DNA of 64,000 nucleotides from positions 32,001 through 96,000 of the IMG/VR virus record IMGVR_UViG_3300042975_000100; one strand, 5' to 3'. Origin of the DNA: a virus (lineage: Duplodnaviria; Caudoviricetes). Positions within the stretch are counted from its first letter, which is position 1. The number at the start of each line of letters is the position of its first letter. The translations under genes and the position numbers were made by a program. The notes below the pieces were generated by a model, which saw nothing but the letters and a program-made list of their open reading frames with translations, was not told where the DNA came from and ran no database searches. Below are positions 20,538 through 30,839 of this stretch, piece by piece.

Positions 20538-22809
20538 ATGGCAAACGGTTTTATAACCCCGCCTAGAACACAGCAGCAGATACCTGCACAAGAAATCAGA
20601 ATCTGCTATCAGATGACAACAAGAAACAAATCGTTTCTTGAGATGCATTATTATCTGAAAAAGAAAGGCATTAAAAATAACGCTTTCATGCTTCAGCTAT
20701 TAGATCCAGACTTAGCCGGTATCGACCCACATGATCCGATGCTAAGTAGAACCTATGAAGATGAAGGTACAACGAGAATGCATGTTTAACTTCTGGTATT
20801 ATGTACGAGAGGTTGTTCGTGTTACTCACTCTGGTAGCCCAAAAGGTATACCATTCATGCTTCACAGAGGAAACATGGCAATGTTCTTCTGTATGCTGCA
20901 AAATATCAATACATTTATAGAACTACCGCGTCAGCAGGGTAAAACACTTGGTGCGTGTGTATTCTATTCATGGGCATATAATTTTGGTACTGCTAACTCT
21001 GAGTTACGTTTCATGAATAAGGACTTAGCAGGTTCTAAAGATAACTTGGCCAAAGTCAAAGAGATTATCGGTATGCTACCATCCTATCTTCAGATGACTC
21101 GTGAATACACGATGGTCGGAGATAGAAAGAAGAAAGCTACTGCTAACGTAGAGACTATAGCTCATGTAATCAACCATAATAAGATTAGAACCGTAGCCTC
21201 TGCTAGAAGTAGAAATGCTGCTGGCAATCTGTTACGTGGTAAAACTATTACGTTCTGGTGGATGGACGAGTGGGCATTCATTGGATACAATGATGCCATC
21301 TATTTATCAACATATCCTGCATTGAAAACAGCATTCGATAATGCTAGAGCAGCTAATAAACCATATGGTATTCTTATTACAACCACTCCTGGTATACTGA
21401 GTACAACTGAGGGTAAGTATGCATTTGAAATGAAAGAAGATGCATCTGAGTTCTCTGAGACTTGGTATGATAAAGCCCCTATGCAGATTAGATCTATACT
21501 TGATGCTAATCAGAAGAGTGATTTCGTATATATAAGATTCAGCTACAAGCAGTTGGGTCGAGACGAGCAATGGTTCTTCGAGATCTGTAAAGGTTTGCAG
21601 TGGAAGATGCGAGACATCAGACGAGAGGTCTTACTTGAGTGGACTGATATGCCTGAGAATTGCCCATTCTCCCCTGAGGATCTTGAGGATATTGAGAAGA
21701 AGGTCAATGAGCCTATCAATCGTATTGAGTTCTTTGATCGTTATATCTTAAATGTGTATAAGCCAATTCCTCTTAGATCTGACTATGTTCCTAAGTATCC
21801 GCCAATCATTGGTGTCGACGTTTCTGGTGGTTATAGACGCGATGCATCTGCAATCACCGTTATAGATTCTAGAACAACTGAAGTTATCGCCGATTTCAAT
21901 TCTAACCATATCTCTCCGATAGATCTTGCTAGATTGGTACTGGATATAACTTGTAGATTCTATCCTAATGCAGTAATCAACGTAGAGCGAAACGGCGGAT
22001 TCGGTGCTTCAGTAATAGCTAAGCTCAAAGAGTCCAAAGTCAAAAAGAATCTGTATTTCGAGATGAAAGACCGTGTTGTAGAAGAGCAGACCGATGGCAT
22101 TAGAATTCGTAAGAAGAAGATGCTTACAAAGGTATTTGGCTTGGATTCTACTAAAGACGTTCGTGAACTCTTAATAGAGATTCTTAGAGAGCGCGTTCAG
22201 TATCATAAAGACAAGTTCAACTCTCCTACGATACTGAATGAAATGAAGAGAATGGAGATCAAAAGAACCGGTAAGGTTGAGCACTCCGATAACTCTCACG
22301 ATGACCAGGTGTTCTCTTACCTGATGGCTCTCTACGTATGGTATGAAGGTAAAAACCTTAGAGAGAATTTCCATATTGAGAAGCAGAGTATTAAGGTAGA
22401 AGAGGGCGTTGATGATACAATCACGGCTCTTGACCAGAAATATACGTCTGTTATCGATGAGGTCGTAGGACCTGCTGCAACTCCTGAGGAAGATGCAAGG
22501 AATGAAGAAGTCAATCAGATGCTGTCAGAGCTGAAGAAAGGACAAGGCATTCTGTACAATGAGTTTGCAAAGCGTAGAGACGAGGAAGAGGATCGTATGT
22601 TTAAGATGCTCTTACGCTCTAAGCCAGTTTTGCAGTCTTATTGCAAAGAGCATAACATCTCAGAAGAAGAAGTTAGAGAAGAAGTCTTTGGTGGAGAAAC
22701 CGACATCCCAGATTCTGTCTTCACTGGATTCAATTCCGATGTAGAGATGGATCAAGCGAACAAACTGAAGCGTAATTTTAACATGCTTAACTTCCCAACT
22801 GGAAGATAA
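20538..22809 (+). CDS. terL: Terminase large subunit, interrupted by a 1-nt frameshift near 20750
   Basis: N-terminal TxNxSFL...GIKNN.FML.L.DP.L.G.DP in the first frame; ECxxN.WY..RE, PRQQGKT, MDEWAF, TTPG, nuclease GVDVSGG, ERN and HDD in the second frame. Confidence 0.9.
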
Positions 22810-23068
22810 GACAGTAATACTCCCACTACCCGTTATTGGGTAGTGGGATATTGCATGCATTTGCCCCTCTGGTAATACCAGAGGAGCGAATACAGATTCG
22901 AAATGAAACCAACGTAGGGAAACACCCAATCAACCGAAATCAAACAGATGAAGCATATATCTCTATTTGATTTACTTCAATGTTTCAATTATATATCATA
23001 ATACTGTAAGAGGATATATTGATATATCATTCTTAACAAAAGCCAGTACATGGCGAGGAGGAGATCAC

Positions 23069-23590
23069 ATGAGAAAGTGGTGTAAAGAACTGTTCGGGAT
23101 GGACTATTCCGAGATAGTTCGAAACCACAAAGCACTCATAGCGAAAGAGCTGAACGAGCCTTTCGTTATGAAATCGTTCACTACCTTACTACCGCTAGAC
23201 GGATTCACAGTCGAAGCAACAGTAAGGTTGTGCACAGAAAGGGGGCGTAGGGTGTATTTTGATGGAATAGTAGATGGTAATCCAGTGAGAAGTCACGGAA
23301 GAAACCATAGCTATTTCTATGAAATGGAAGACTCGGATGCTGATGAAGCAGTGTATCATTTCATCAAGTTATGGATGCGTAATACAGATATTCATAACTT
23401 TGCCCAATCGTTCAGATCATTCATTTGTACCGATTGGTTGATGGAGCAGGAAATAAAGTTTGTTCTATCCTACGCCAAAACGGTAGGACCTGATTCTGCA
23501 ATGTCTGAAGCTCAGAAGGTGTTTGAATTCAGACAGCCGATCAGAGACGCTATCGTGAATAATGTAAAGGAGATGATCAAGAATGTTTAA
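23069..23590 (+). CDS. Hypothetical early protein
   Basis: RBS gaggag; early-type promoter at 22990. Confidence 0.65.
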   Translation: MRKWCKELFGMDYSEIVRNHKALIAKELNEPFVMKSFTTLLPLDGFTVEATVRLCTERGRRVYFDGIVDGNPVRSHGRNHSYFYEMEDSDADEAVYHFIKLWMRNTDIHNFAQSFRSFICTDWLMEQEIKFVLSYAKTVGPDSAMSEAQKVFEFRQPIRDAIVNNVKEMIKNV

Positions 23591-24083
23591 AGACGAAAAG
23601 GACGGAGTGTATACCGCCCTCTTCAAATCATCGGATAAAGCAATTGATATCCCTATGTCTGATGATAAGATCCTTATGGTATCTGTAGATATCGATAAGG
23701 ATTCGCTGATTGTTTTAGCGACGACAATCAGCAAACACCAACCAGATATGACTGCTGCAACTACGTCATTGGTAGTTAAGCCAGGAACCTGGCTGGAGAA
23801 GGCTTACATCAAGATCATATCCGAATCGCTGCAAGGCACTGAGTATGAAAGGGTATATCAGCGTCTTGCAGGAGTGGCAAATGGAAGATACGTCAAGCGT
23901 ATTTTCTATAAGAACGTAATTCTAACCGGAATGCGTTCTGAAGGATTTACAACTCCTTTTGATAAGTTCCTTGAAAAAGTTGTATATGCAACGGTGGAAG
24001 AACTTGAAGCCACCCTAGAGATAATAAGGAATGATTATAGCCGCTCTATATTCACGGTCGTAAAGGAGTTGTTGAAAAAATGA
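23583..24083 (+). CDS. Hypothetical protein
   Basis: Overlapping operon ORF with RBS aaggag. Confidence 0.65.
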   Translation: MFKDEKDGVYTALFKSSDKAIDIPMSDDKILMVSVDIDKDSLIVLATTISKHQPDMTAATTSLVVKPGTWLEKAYIKIISESLQGTEYERVYQRLAGVANGRYVKRIFYKNVILTGMRSEGFTTPFDKFLEKVVYATVEELEATLEIIRNDYSRSIFTVVKELLKK

Positions 24084-24598
24084 ATCTGGTAAATCTTTAT
24101 CCCTATGGGGATTATCTAAAAAGTCAAACTATTCATCTTAAGGTAGGTGGCTACATTTCATATGAAGCCCATCCAGATGAATATGAGGATGGCTATGTAG
24201 TAATGAGAGTTGTCGAGCAAAACAATGGAACTTCTGTGTTCCGACTCAATAATGGTAAACTCATTACTGATCTTACTGTCGTAGATCAGGATCTACTCGA
24301 TTATCTCGAGAAAGAGGGAGATGATCGATTTAATGCTGCAGTTAAAATGTTTAAGGAGGCGACATTCGAAAACGACATGCAGCAGTATTTATATAATGAG
24401 CTTAAGGAGATTGTCATTATGGCACTGCGAGAGCTTATTACGAAGCGAGATATGTTGGACTCGCTTCTCTATAGCATCCCAAAAGTGAATCTCACTATTG
24501 GGAAGCATATGGTAGAAAAGTTGGCAGCTAATGAAAACGATATCAATCGTTGTAAGCTGTTGACCATGTCTGCCAATATCTTAGCCGAAGTAAAGTAA
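24080..24598 (+). CDS. Hypothetical protein
   Basis: ATGA overlap with the upstream gene; RBS aaggag. Confidence 0.65.
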   Translation: MNLVNLYPYGDYLKSQTIHLKVGGYISYEAHPDEYEDGYVVMRVVEQNNGTSVFRLNNGKLITDLTVVDQDLLDYLEKEGDDRFNAAVKMFKEATFENDMQQYLYNELKEIVIMALRELITKRDMLDSLLYSIPKVNLTIGKHMVEKLAANENDINRCKLLTMSANILAEVK

Positions 24599-24617
24599 AT
24601 TATAGGAGGAATTTAAA

Positions 24618-24977
24618 ATGAAAAACGTAATGAAAAATGCAAAAGCAATGGTAATGGTACTTGTAGCAGTAGTGATGATTGGGGTTGCTGGCACTGCACA
24701 GGCATCTATGTATCTTGATGGAAACGAAAACTATCCGTCAGTAGTATCTACTCAGGAAAGTACGTATTATATCGATAAGAGTAGTGCTACTCGAAATGGG
24801 AATGAGTATGCGGCTATTTTCGTAATTGAAAATGACAATGGTCGTGAATATGTAACTTATCAGTTCTGTGATGAGAGCGTAAGTTACTGGTCCACGCCGA
24901 ACAGCAGCTCTTGGCATCGTATTACTAACAGAACTATGTGGATGCTTCACAACGCAGCTAAAAACTGGGCTCGGTAA
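24618..24977 (+). CDS. Secreted protein with Sec signal peptide
   Basis: Basic N-terminus, hydrophobic core and AQA cleavage site. Confidence 0.7.
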   Translation: MKNVMKNAKAMVMVLVAVVMIGVAGTAQASMYLDGNENYPSVVSTQESTYYIDKSSATRNGNEYAAIFVIENDNGREYVTYQFCDESVSYWSTPNSSSWHRITNRTMWMLHNAAKNWAR

Positions 24978-25078
24978 TTTAGCGTAGTTCTAAATAAAGG
25001 GGAATCATATGATTCCCTTTTATTTTTTTATTTGATTCTGTACAAATGAGTAAACTGAACCATATAGGGGGAGAAAAA

Positions 25079-25837
25079 ATGGAAGAATATATTTGCAACT
25101 CTAGAGCCTTCGGTATTAAGGAGGAAAATGAGGTTGCGGTAATCTTGTCGAACTTTAGCTCTGACTATGTCATGGGCGCTATAGATGACATTCTCGAAAA
25201 GAGAATGTCTAATTTTGAAGCCACAACCAAACCTAACTTTGTTGGTGGGTTTGAACAGAGCTTTAAGAATATGGAAGCTACCTTTCCAAGTGATATAAAG
25301 AATATCAGAGAGGTACGCGATAATACCTACCTTCAGATCGTAAATGTTATTTCTAAAGCATTTGATCTTGATACGGATTTTCAGGTTGAGGAAGATAAGT
25401 ATCCAGTAGCATACTTCTTGTTTGACTTCTTCATCTCTAACTATGATATCTATCTTTCTCGCTTCTTTACTAATTATATCATCAGGGAGAAAGACTCATT
25501 GTTTAAAGCTCTTGAGCTTGATGACATGGCAAAGAGCAAAGATGTTACCACATTCTTCAACAAGAACTTGTTCTCTGATCAGACTCTTGCTGTGCTGTCG
25601 GCTAACCTTGATAAATGCATCAAGTATATCTCAGCTATGGACTTTACTGAAGAGAATATCTTTAGCTCCGTATATCAGTATGAGATCGTTACGATGCTTT
25701 GCAATCATGTACGTCCTCTACAGGATATGTTCAGATCGTCATTTTTGAGGACCCTGTCCAATCCTATTGTTTGGCCTATCGCAGCAACGCAGATCAAATT
25801 CAACCTCCAGAATGAAGCCATCAAAAATAAAATTTAA
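25079..25837 (+). CDS. Hypothetical (possibly virion) protein
   Basis: ORF with G-rich RBS at the start of an operon. Confidence 0.6.
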   Translation: MEEYICNSRAFGIKEENEVAVILSNFSSDYVMGAIDDILEKRMSNFEATTKPNFVGGFEQSFKNMEATFPSDIKNIREVRDNTYLQIVNVISKAFDLDTDFQVEEDKYPVAYFLFDFFISNYDIYLSRFFTNYIIREKDSLFKALELDDMAKSKDVTTFFNKNLFSDQTLAVLSANLDKCIKYISAMDFTEENIFSSVYQYEIVTMLCNHVRPLQDMFRSSFLRTLSNPIVWPIAATQIKFNLQNEAIKNKI

Positions 25838-25852
25838 GGGAGTAATAAAAAC

Positions 25853-26860
25853 ATGAACAATGCCAAGGTAGTTAAGGAAATCAATACAAAAGAACAACTC
25901 AAAAACATGGAAGATGTTTCAAAGAAACTCGAAGTCATGCCTACAACAATCGATCCAATGCGTGCTAGCCTCGACAAACTTTCTTCTGCGCAGATTATGG
26001 CTCTCTATGAGTTGTCTGTGCGTACGAAGAATGATAAGAATTTCAATCCTATCCCGGAGATTCCGGAAGAGATCTTCAAAATCATTCAGGAAGATGGTAA
26101 AGCTCTTGGGCTGAACTCTTCTGGTATTGCTATTCTCGCTAGAGAAATGGTAATGAGCTTTGGTGAAGAGATTATGCTCGATAAAGAACTTAAGGAACTC
26201 AATAAAGAGATTGATCATGCCAAGGCCCTTCCTGAGTTCATGGATCTTTATGGCGAAGCACTCCGTGATACGTATGAAGTAAAGATCGGAGAAGAAGCCG
26301 AGAAAGAAACTGATCCTGAGCGGAAAGCCGCATTGCTTGCAGTTCGTGATGCATTCATTGATTCTTATACTCTTGCCCCGCTTCTTCCTATCATTAGCTG
26401 TAAGGAAGAGGGATCTCGCAATCGCCTTATCAAAACTATGTATAAGAAGGTTAATCGCCTTTGTGATGATTTCGATTTTACCTTGAATAAGGTCATTGCA
26501 AAGAAGACTTCTATTCGCTCTATCATCAATGCTCTCCACACCATCTATCCTGAGAATGAAGTTTGGAGAGATGAACTCTTTATCGCTTGTCTGGCACTTG
26601 CCTGCCATAATGCTACTACAGATGATAAAGGCATGATGATGTATATGTATGCATCTATCTTCAATATCAATACCTTGGCAATCAACAAGAGTAAAGAAAT
26701 TGAAGAAGACATTGAGTTTACAAAGATTCGTAAGGAGAAGCTTGATCATTTCTTTGAAGTCACTCGTACAGTATTTCCGGATAGAGAATTTCCAGAGTAT
26801 GTCCCAATGGCCACAAAGAAGAAGAATAAGAAGGCGCGCGAACATCAATGTAAATCGTAA
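25853..26860 (+). CDS. Hypothetical helical protein
   Basis: 335-aa ORF with RBS. Confidence 0.65.
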   Translation: MNNAKVVKEINTKEQLKNMEDVSKKLEVMPTTIDPMRASLDKLSSAQIMALYELSVRTKNDKNFNPIPEIPEEIFKIIQEDGKALGLNSSGIAILAREMVMSFGEEIMLDKELKELNKEIDHAKALPEFMDLYGEALRDTYEVKIGEEAEKETDPERKAALLAVRDAFIDSYTLAPLLPIISCKEEGSRNRLIKTMYKKVNRLCDDFDFTLNKVIAKKTSIRSIINALHTIYPENEVWRDELFIACLALACHNATTDDKGMMMYMYASIFNINTLAINKSKEIEEDIEFTKIRKEKLDHFFEVTRTVFPDREFPEYVPMATKKKNKKAREHQCKS

Positions 26861-26875
26861 AGGAGGTTTACAGAA

Positions 26876-28348
26876 ATGGATGATATCACAAACTTTCCAC
26901 TGACCCTTATAGATGTGGAAACGCGGCCTAATCTGAGACTATTGCTTAGATTCAGGTATTCAGATCCAAGCCACGATTATAATGTCATGCTTGAGAATGG
27001 CGTGCTGTACGATGTAATTTTCTTGCATCGTGGAGTTCTCAAAAAAGTAGTAGGAAGAATCATCGGTGTATCAAAAGTCCATAATGTCGAGACAGTTGAG
27101 TATCCTCAGCGTCCTACGGAATGGCTCATTAGAGTTGATGCATCATCTGCTAATAGTTCATTAGTAGTAGATATCCTCAGTGGTCAGATTAGATTGCTTC
27201 GTAAGTATACTCCTCATATGGATGAGGACAATACCATTGCATCTGGAACGACTACTGGCGGGATTACCCACGGTGATGTTTATGATGTAACAATCAAGAA
27301 TCCTACCACTGATGATAAAGGCAACACTAATGGCGGAGATATTGACGATGGTAAAGTAGGTCCAAAGCCTACACCAGATCCTACAGATCCGACTAAAACC
27401 ATCGTCACGCCTATCTCTCCGATCACAATCACCGAAGGTGGTTGTACAGCTGGTAAGAATAATTCCGGTAATGATGTCGTTGTTGTAAATGGCAATACTA
27501 CCGGAGGTACTATCACTGGTGGTAAGTTTGTATCTGGCAATATCTTGTCTCATGATACAGATGAGAATGGTAACTATACCCATTGCGTTATCAGCTATGC
27601 TGTAATTAGTAATAGCACTATCACTGGTGGTAAGACTACTGGTGGCTCAGTTATTGAACCTAAGTTCACTAACGTAACTGTTACAGGTGGTACTAGAACT
27701 GGTACCGACATGGTTACACATGGCGCAACTGTTGTTGGAGATATCGGAACTGGTGGGTATACTGAAGGAGGCGTCAATCACGGTGGGTCGGCTACTGGCG
27801 AAATCAATGGTAATCCTTATACTATTAGTGGAGGTACCTCTACTGGTGGTAAGTGTACCGGCTGTACTGTTATTGGTGGCGTTGTATCCGGTGGAACTGT
27901 CGTGGGTGGCGCTATTATTAATGCCACTATTACTGGCGGTACTGCTACTGGTGGTACTACAATTAACGCTGACATTACTGTCGACGGAGGTACGATATCG
28001 CCTGGCACTCACATCGATACCGTTAATCCTATCAGCGCTGTCGTTGTACCTACTGCCGTAGATCCGCTGACTCCAAACACTCCGGGTGGTAGTTCTACTG
28101 CTCCAACAGATCCTGTTATCGGGCCTACACATGTAACGCCTGGAACATCTACCAGACCTATTGGGCCTAATACCCCATATAACCCAATTGATCCATCCAA
28201 TCCTAATAATCCTAACCCTCCTACTTACCCTAACGGTAATAGCACCGAAGCGTATTGGGATGGTCTTACCATTTATGGTAGTGATGAAGGTATTGGATCA
28301 AATATTAAAACCTGGGACGGCAGACCTGGAGCCTGGGTAGAGAAATAA
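26876..28348 (+). CDS. Gly/Thr-rich repeat protein (putative beta-solenoid virion appendage) with Pro-rich tail
   Basis: More than 20 GG-containing repeats such as TGGTTTGG; PNNPNPP C-terminal region. Confidence 0.7.
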   Translation: MDDITNFPLTLIDVETRPNLRLLLRFRYSDPSHDYNVMLENGVLYDVIFLHRGVLKKVVGRIIGVSKVHNVETVEYPQRPTEWLIRVDASSANSSLVVDILSGQIRLLRKYTPHMDEDNTIASGTTTGGITHGDVYDVTIKNPTTDDKGNTNGGDIDDGKVGPKPTPDPTDPTKTIVTPISPITITEGGCTAGKNNSGNDVVVVNGNTTGGTITGGKFVSGNILSHDTDENGNYTHCVISYAVISNSTITGGKTTGGSVIEPKFTNVTVTGGTRTGTDMVTHGATVVGDIGTGGYTEGGVNHGGSATGEINGNPYTISGGTSTGGKCTGCTVIGGVVSGGTVVGGAIINATITGGTATGGTTINADITVDGGTISPGTHIDTVNPISAVVVPTAVDPLTPNTPGGSSTAPTDPVIGPTHVTPGTSTRPIGPNTPYNPIDPSNPNNPNPPTYPNGNSTEAYWDGLTIYGSDEGIGSNIKTWDGRPGAWVEK

Positions 28349-28364
28349 AGTAAGAAGGTGCTGT

Positions 28365-28553
28365 ATGATCAAGTTCACTGATGACCTACAAAATTCTAAA
28401 CTCAGGGTCAATGCGGAACGACTTGTATCGGCTCTAAGCAATATGATGAAAGAACATCCTGAGCTTAGAATGAAAATAGAATCCATGGATAGAGAATCGT
28501 GCAGAAACATTTCAGTTTGCTTTCAAATCACAGATACGGAAGAAGAGAATTAA
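28365..28553 (+). CDS. Small hypothetical protein
   Basis: RBS aaggtg; terminator downstream. Confidence 0.5.
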   Translation: MIKFTDDLQNSKLRVNAERLVSALSNMMKEHPELRMKIESMDRESCRNISVCFQITDTEEEN

Positions 28554-28618
28554 AAGTATTGGCTACAGCATAATCGCTGTAGCCTATATTTTTGCTTGTA
28601 AAAAAGGAGGAAGAATCA

Positions 28619-29428
28619 ATGGAAATAAAAGATGCAGAAGGTCTTACTCAATCAATACGAAAGAAATTTGGAATGCATGCAGATGAATCAACAGTTCTTA
28701 GTGCATTTGCTAATAATCCAACCAAGTATAAGGATGAGGTTACATACATCGCTAAGTATGGATTAGTTGATGAAGAGGGAAATAAAGGAGAGTTTATTGA
28801 AGAGTGCATGCCTCATTGGATCAATAAGAATGGTGCATTTGCATTTATGCTCTCGGTAACATATGCTAAGCATCATTGCTTAGGTTCTGACTATAAGGAA
28901 AGTGGCTATTTTACTACGTTCCTTCAGGACTCTATGAAGTTTGGAGTCAATAAGAAAAAGAGCAAAGATGTACAGGAGCAGATCATGAAATATATGAATT
29001 TCTGTGTACGCAATGGCATAGACTTCAATCAGAAGAATGGTGTACTTATGCGAGCTACCACTGGCCATCTCTATAAAGATGTGGTAAAGGCGATGGTCAA
29101 ACTGCATAAGATTCCACACAATGAGCGTATAGACATTGTTCTGGAGAGATTGATTGCTAATAAGGCATGGGATCTTGCAGAAGACTTTATCCGCATGGGG
29201 GCTAAACTCTATACGAATAATGCTCATCTTGATTCGTATCTTGTTGAGGACGAAGAACTTCTTAAAGATGATCATATATCATTTTGTGCAAGATATGTCA
29301 AATCGGTTATCGATGAAAAAGCAAAAGAGCTTGCTAGCGTAGCTCCAGCTCAGACATTCATCGTAGATCCGAAGACATTCGCAATGAAAAGAAAGAATTC
29401 AACTTTACCACCTTTGACAAATAGGTAA
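28619..29428 (+). CDS. Hypothetical protein (possible ankyrin-like helical repeats)
   Basis: RBS aaggagg; ...NGIDFN...MGAKL-type segments. Confidence 0.55.
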   Translation: MEIKDAEGLTQSIRKKFGMHADESTVLSAFANNPTKYKDEVTYIAKYGLVDEEGNKGEFIEECMPHWINKNGAFAFMLSVTYAKHHCLGSDYKESGYFTTFLQDSMKFGVNKKKSKDVQEQIMKYMNFCVRNGIDFNQKNGVLMRATTGHLYKDVVKAMVKLHKIPHNERIDIVLERLIANKAWDLAEDFIRMGAKLYTNNAHLDSYLVEDEELLKDDHISFCARYVKSVIDEKAKELASVAPAQTFIVDPKTFAMKRKNSTLPPLTNR

Positions 29429-29441
29429 GAGGTGATAGATC

Positions 29442-30170
29442 ATGGCTAAATGGCCTACGTTTTTAAAGAAAGATGGAGACAAAGTTCTCTTCAATGCACC
29501 AGGAGAGCTTTTATTTTTTCTTCCTGAGAAGTTATTCGATCTTAGATTAGCTTTCCCAGCCGGAGACTATCAGAATGTATTTGGTCTGCTGAACTATTGT
29601 TTGGTAGATGCTAATGGTAAGAAAGGGAAACTTAAACTGCTTAAGCTCCCTACAAGATTTCTTACTCAGCCGTATAAGATTGATAAGATTAAAGAAGCAA
29701 AGCTTATTTCCACTTCTAAAGTTCAGGATTACAGGGTATTCCGCTTTAAGAAGGGAGATGCTGTTATCGTAGAAACACGAGTTCCTATGGATATCAAGAA
29801 TGTAGAGGACTTCATTAACCTTATCCTTATCACTGGTAATATGACAAACAGTGTTCCATACGATAAGATTCAGGATATGTTCATGAAGAATATGGACATC
29901 AATGGCAATAACTATAACGTTAGTGCACAGATGTTTGGAATCATATTCTCAGAGTGCTGCAGAGCATTGAATGATCCATCTAAGCCGTATCGACTCAGTA
30001 ATACGAATGACTTAACAGCATACGTATTGATGAGTGTAAAGAAGGTATCTCGACTCATCAGTTCTTATTCTGCATTTACATCAGAGAACTTTATGGAATC
30101 TATTACTCATGCTATGATGAATGATAAGAAGATAGATCAGCCATTAGAGCGTGTAATGACAGGAGATTGA
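29442..30170 (+). CDS. Putative RNA polymerase beta' extreme C-terminal fragment
   Basis: GIIFSECCR...SVKKVSRLISSYSAFTSENF...PLERVMTG resembles the beta' C-terminal conserved region. Confidence 0.5.
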   Translation: MAKWPTFLKKDGDKVLFNAPGELLFFLPEKLFDLRLAFPAGDYQNVFGLLNYCLVDANGKKGKLKLLKLPTRFLTQPYKIDKIKEAKLISTSKVQDYRVFRFKKGDAVIVETRVPMDIKNVEDFINLILITGNMTNSVPYDKIQDMFMKNMDINGNNYNVSAQMFGIIFSECCRALNDPSKPYRLSNTNDLTAYVLMSVKKVSRLISSYSAFTSENFMESITHAMMNDKKIDQPLERVMTGD

Positions 30171-30176
30171 TTCAAA

Positions 30177-30683
30177 ATGCCAAATCCAACTTCGGGAATC
30201 AAAGTCAAATTTGATGAAGAACCTACCAATAAGCCTAAAGATAAAACTCCATACAAAGGACTTTCTGGTTGGCTCGATTCAATGCCAAAGGAAGAAAGAA
30301 CTGGATTCGCAAGATCTACATTCGCGCCGTTGAACAACCTTCTTAAGAATGCAGCTAAGAAAGATGACTTACCTAAACCAGATGCTATACTAAAGAAAAA
30401 GTTTATGCTCAATGCTTCTGATAAGATCGTGTTAGATCCAGATCAGAAATATGCATTGGTATATGATGAGCATGGCAACAGAAAAGGAATCATCGAAGGA
30501 AAGTTAGCTGGATTGATCGAATGTAAGCTCAAGAAGGTTAACGATAAAAACTCAGCGGTATATGCTAAGGATGGTTATCTTAAAGGAATAATCACTGGGC
30601 CTGGTAGTGACCTTAGCAAATATAGCTTAGATCCTTTAGCAGCTAAGCCAAAGATCGAGGCTAAGCTCGAAAAAATCAAATAA
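30177..30683 (+). CDS. Hypothetical protein
   Basis: ORF with an internal duplicated VY..xG..KGII.G segment. Confidence 0.55.
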   Translation: MPNPTSGIKVKFDEEPTNKPKDKTPYKGLSGWLDSMPKEERTGFARSTFAPLNNLLKNAAKKDDLPKPDAILKKKFMLNASDKIVLDPDQKYALVYDEHGNRKGIIEGKLAGLIECKLKKVNDKNSAVYAKDGYLKGIITGPGSDLSKYSLDPLAAKPKIEAKLEKIK

Positions 30684-30697
30684 GAAAAGTACATTTA

Positions 30698-30736
30698 TAT
30701 CCCTCTACCTAATGCTGGTAGAGGGATTTTCTGTGC
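30698..30736 (+). terminator. Terminator of the CCCTCTAC...GTAGAGGG hairpin family
   Basis: atccctctacc-taatgct-ggtagagggat-tttctgtg; relatives at 14149, 36271 and 45749. Confidence 0.75.
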
Positions 30737-30839
30737 TCGAAAACGTATTAGCTGTAGGGCGTTAAAGCTAACATATCATTAAAGTTACCTTTTCTAGGGG
30801 AACAAATAAAAAATGAAACCAATAAAGGAGGAAACATAA

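Noticed and set aside
25919-26848. 309-aa antisense ORF and the many other overlapping antisense ORFs in the track
   Set aside because: They are shadows of well-supported genes on the opposite strand, with no RBS and atypical composition.
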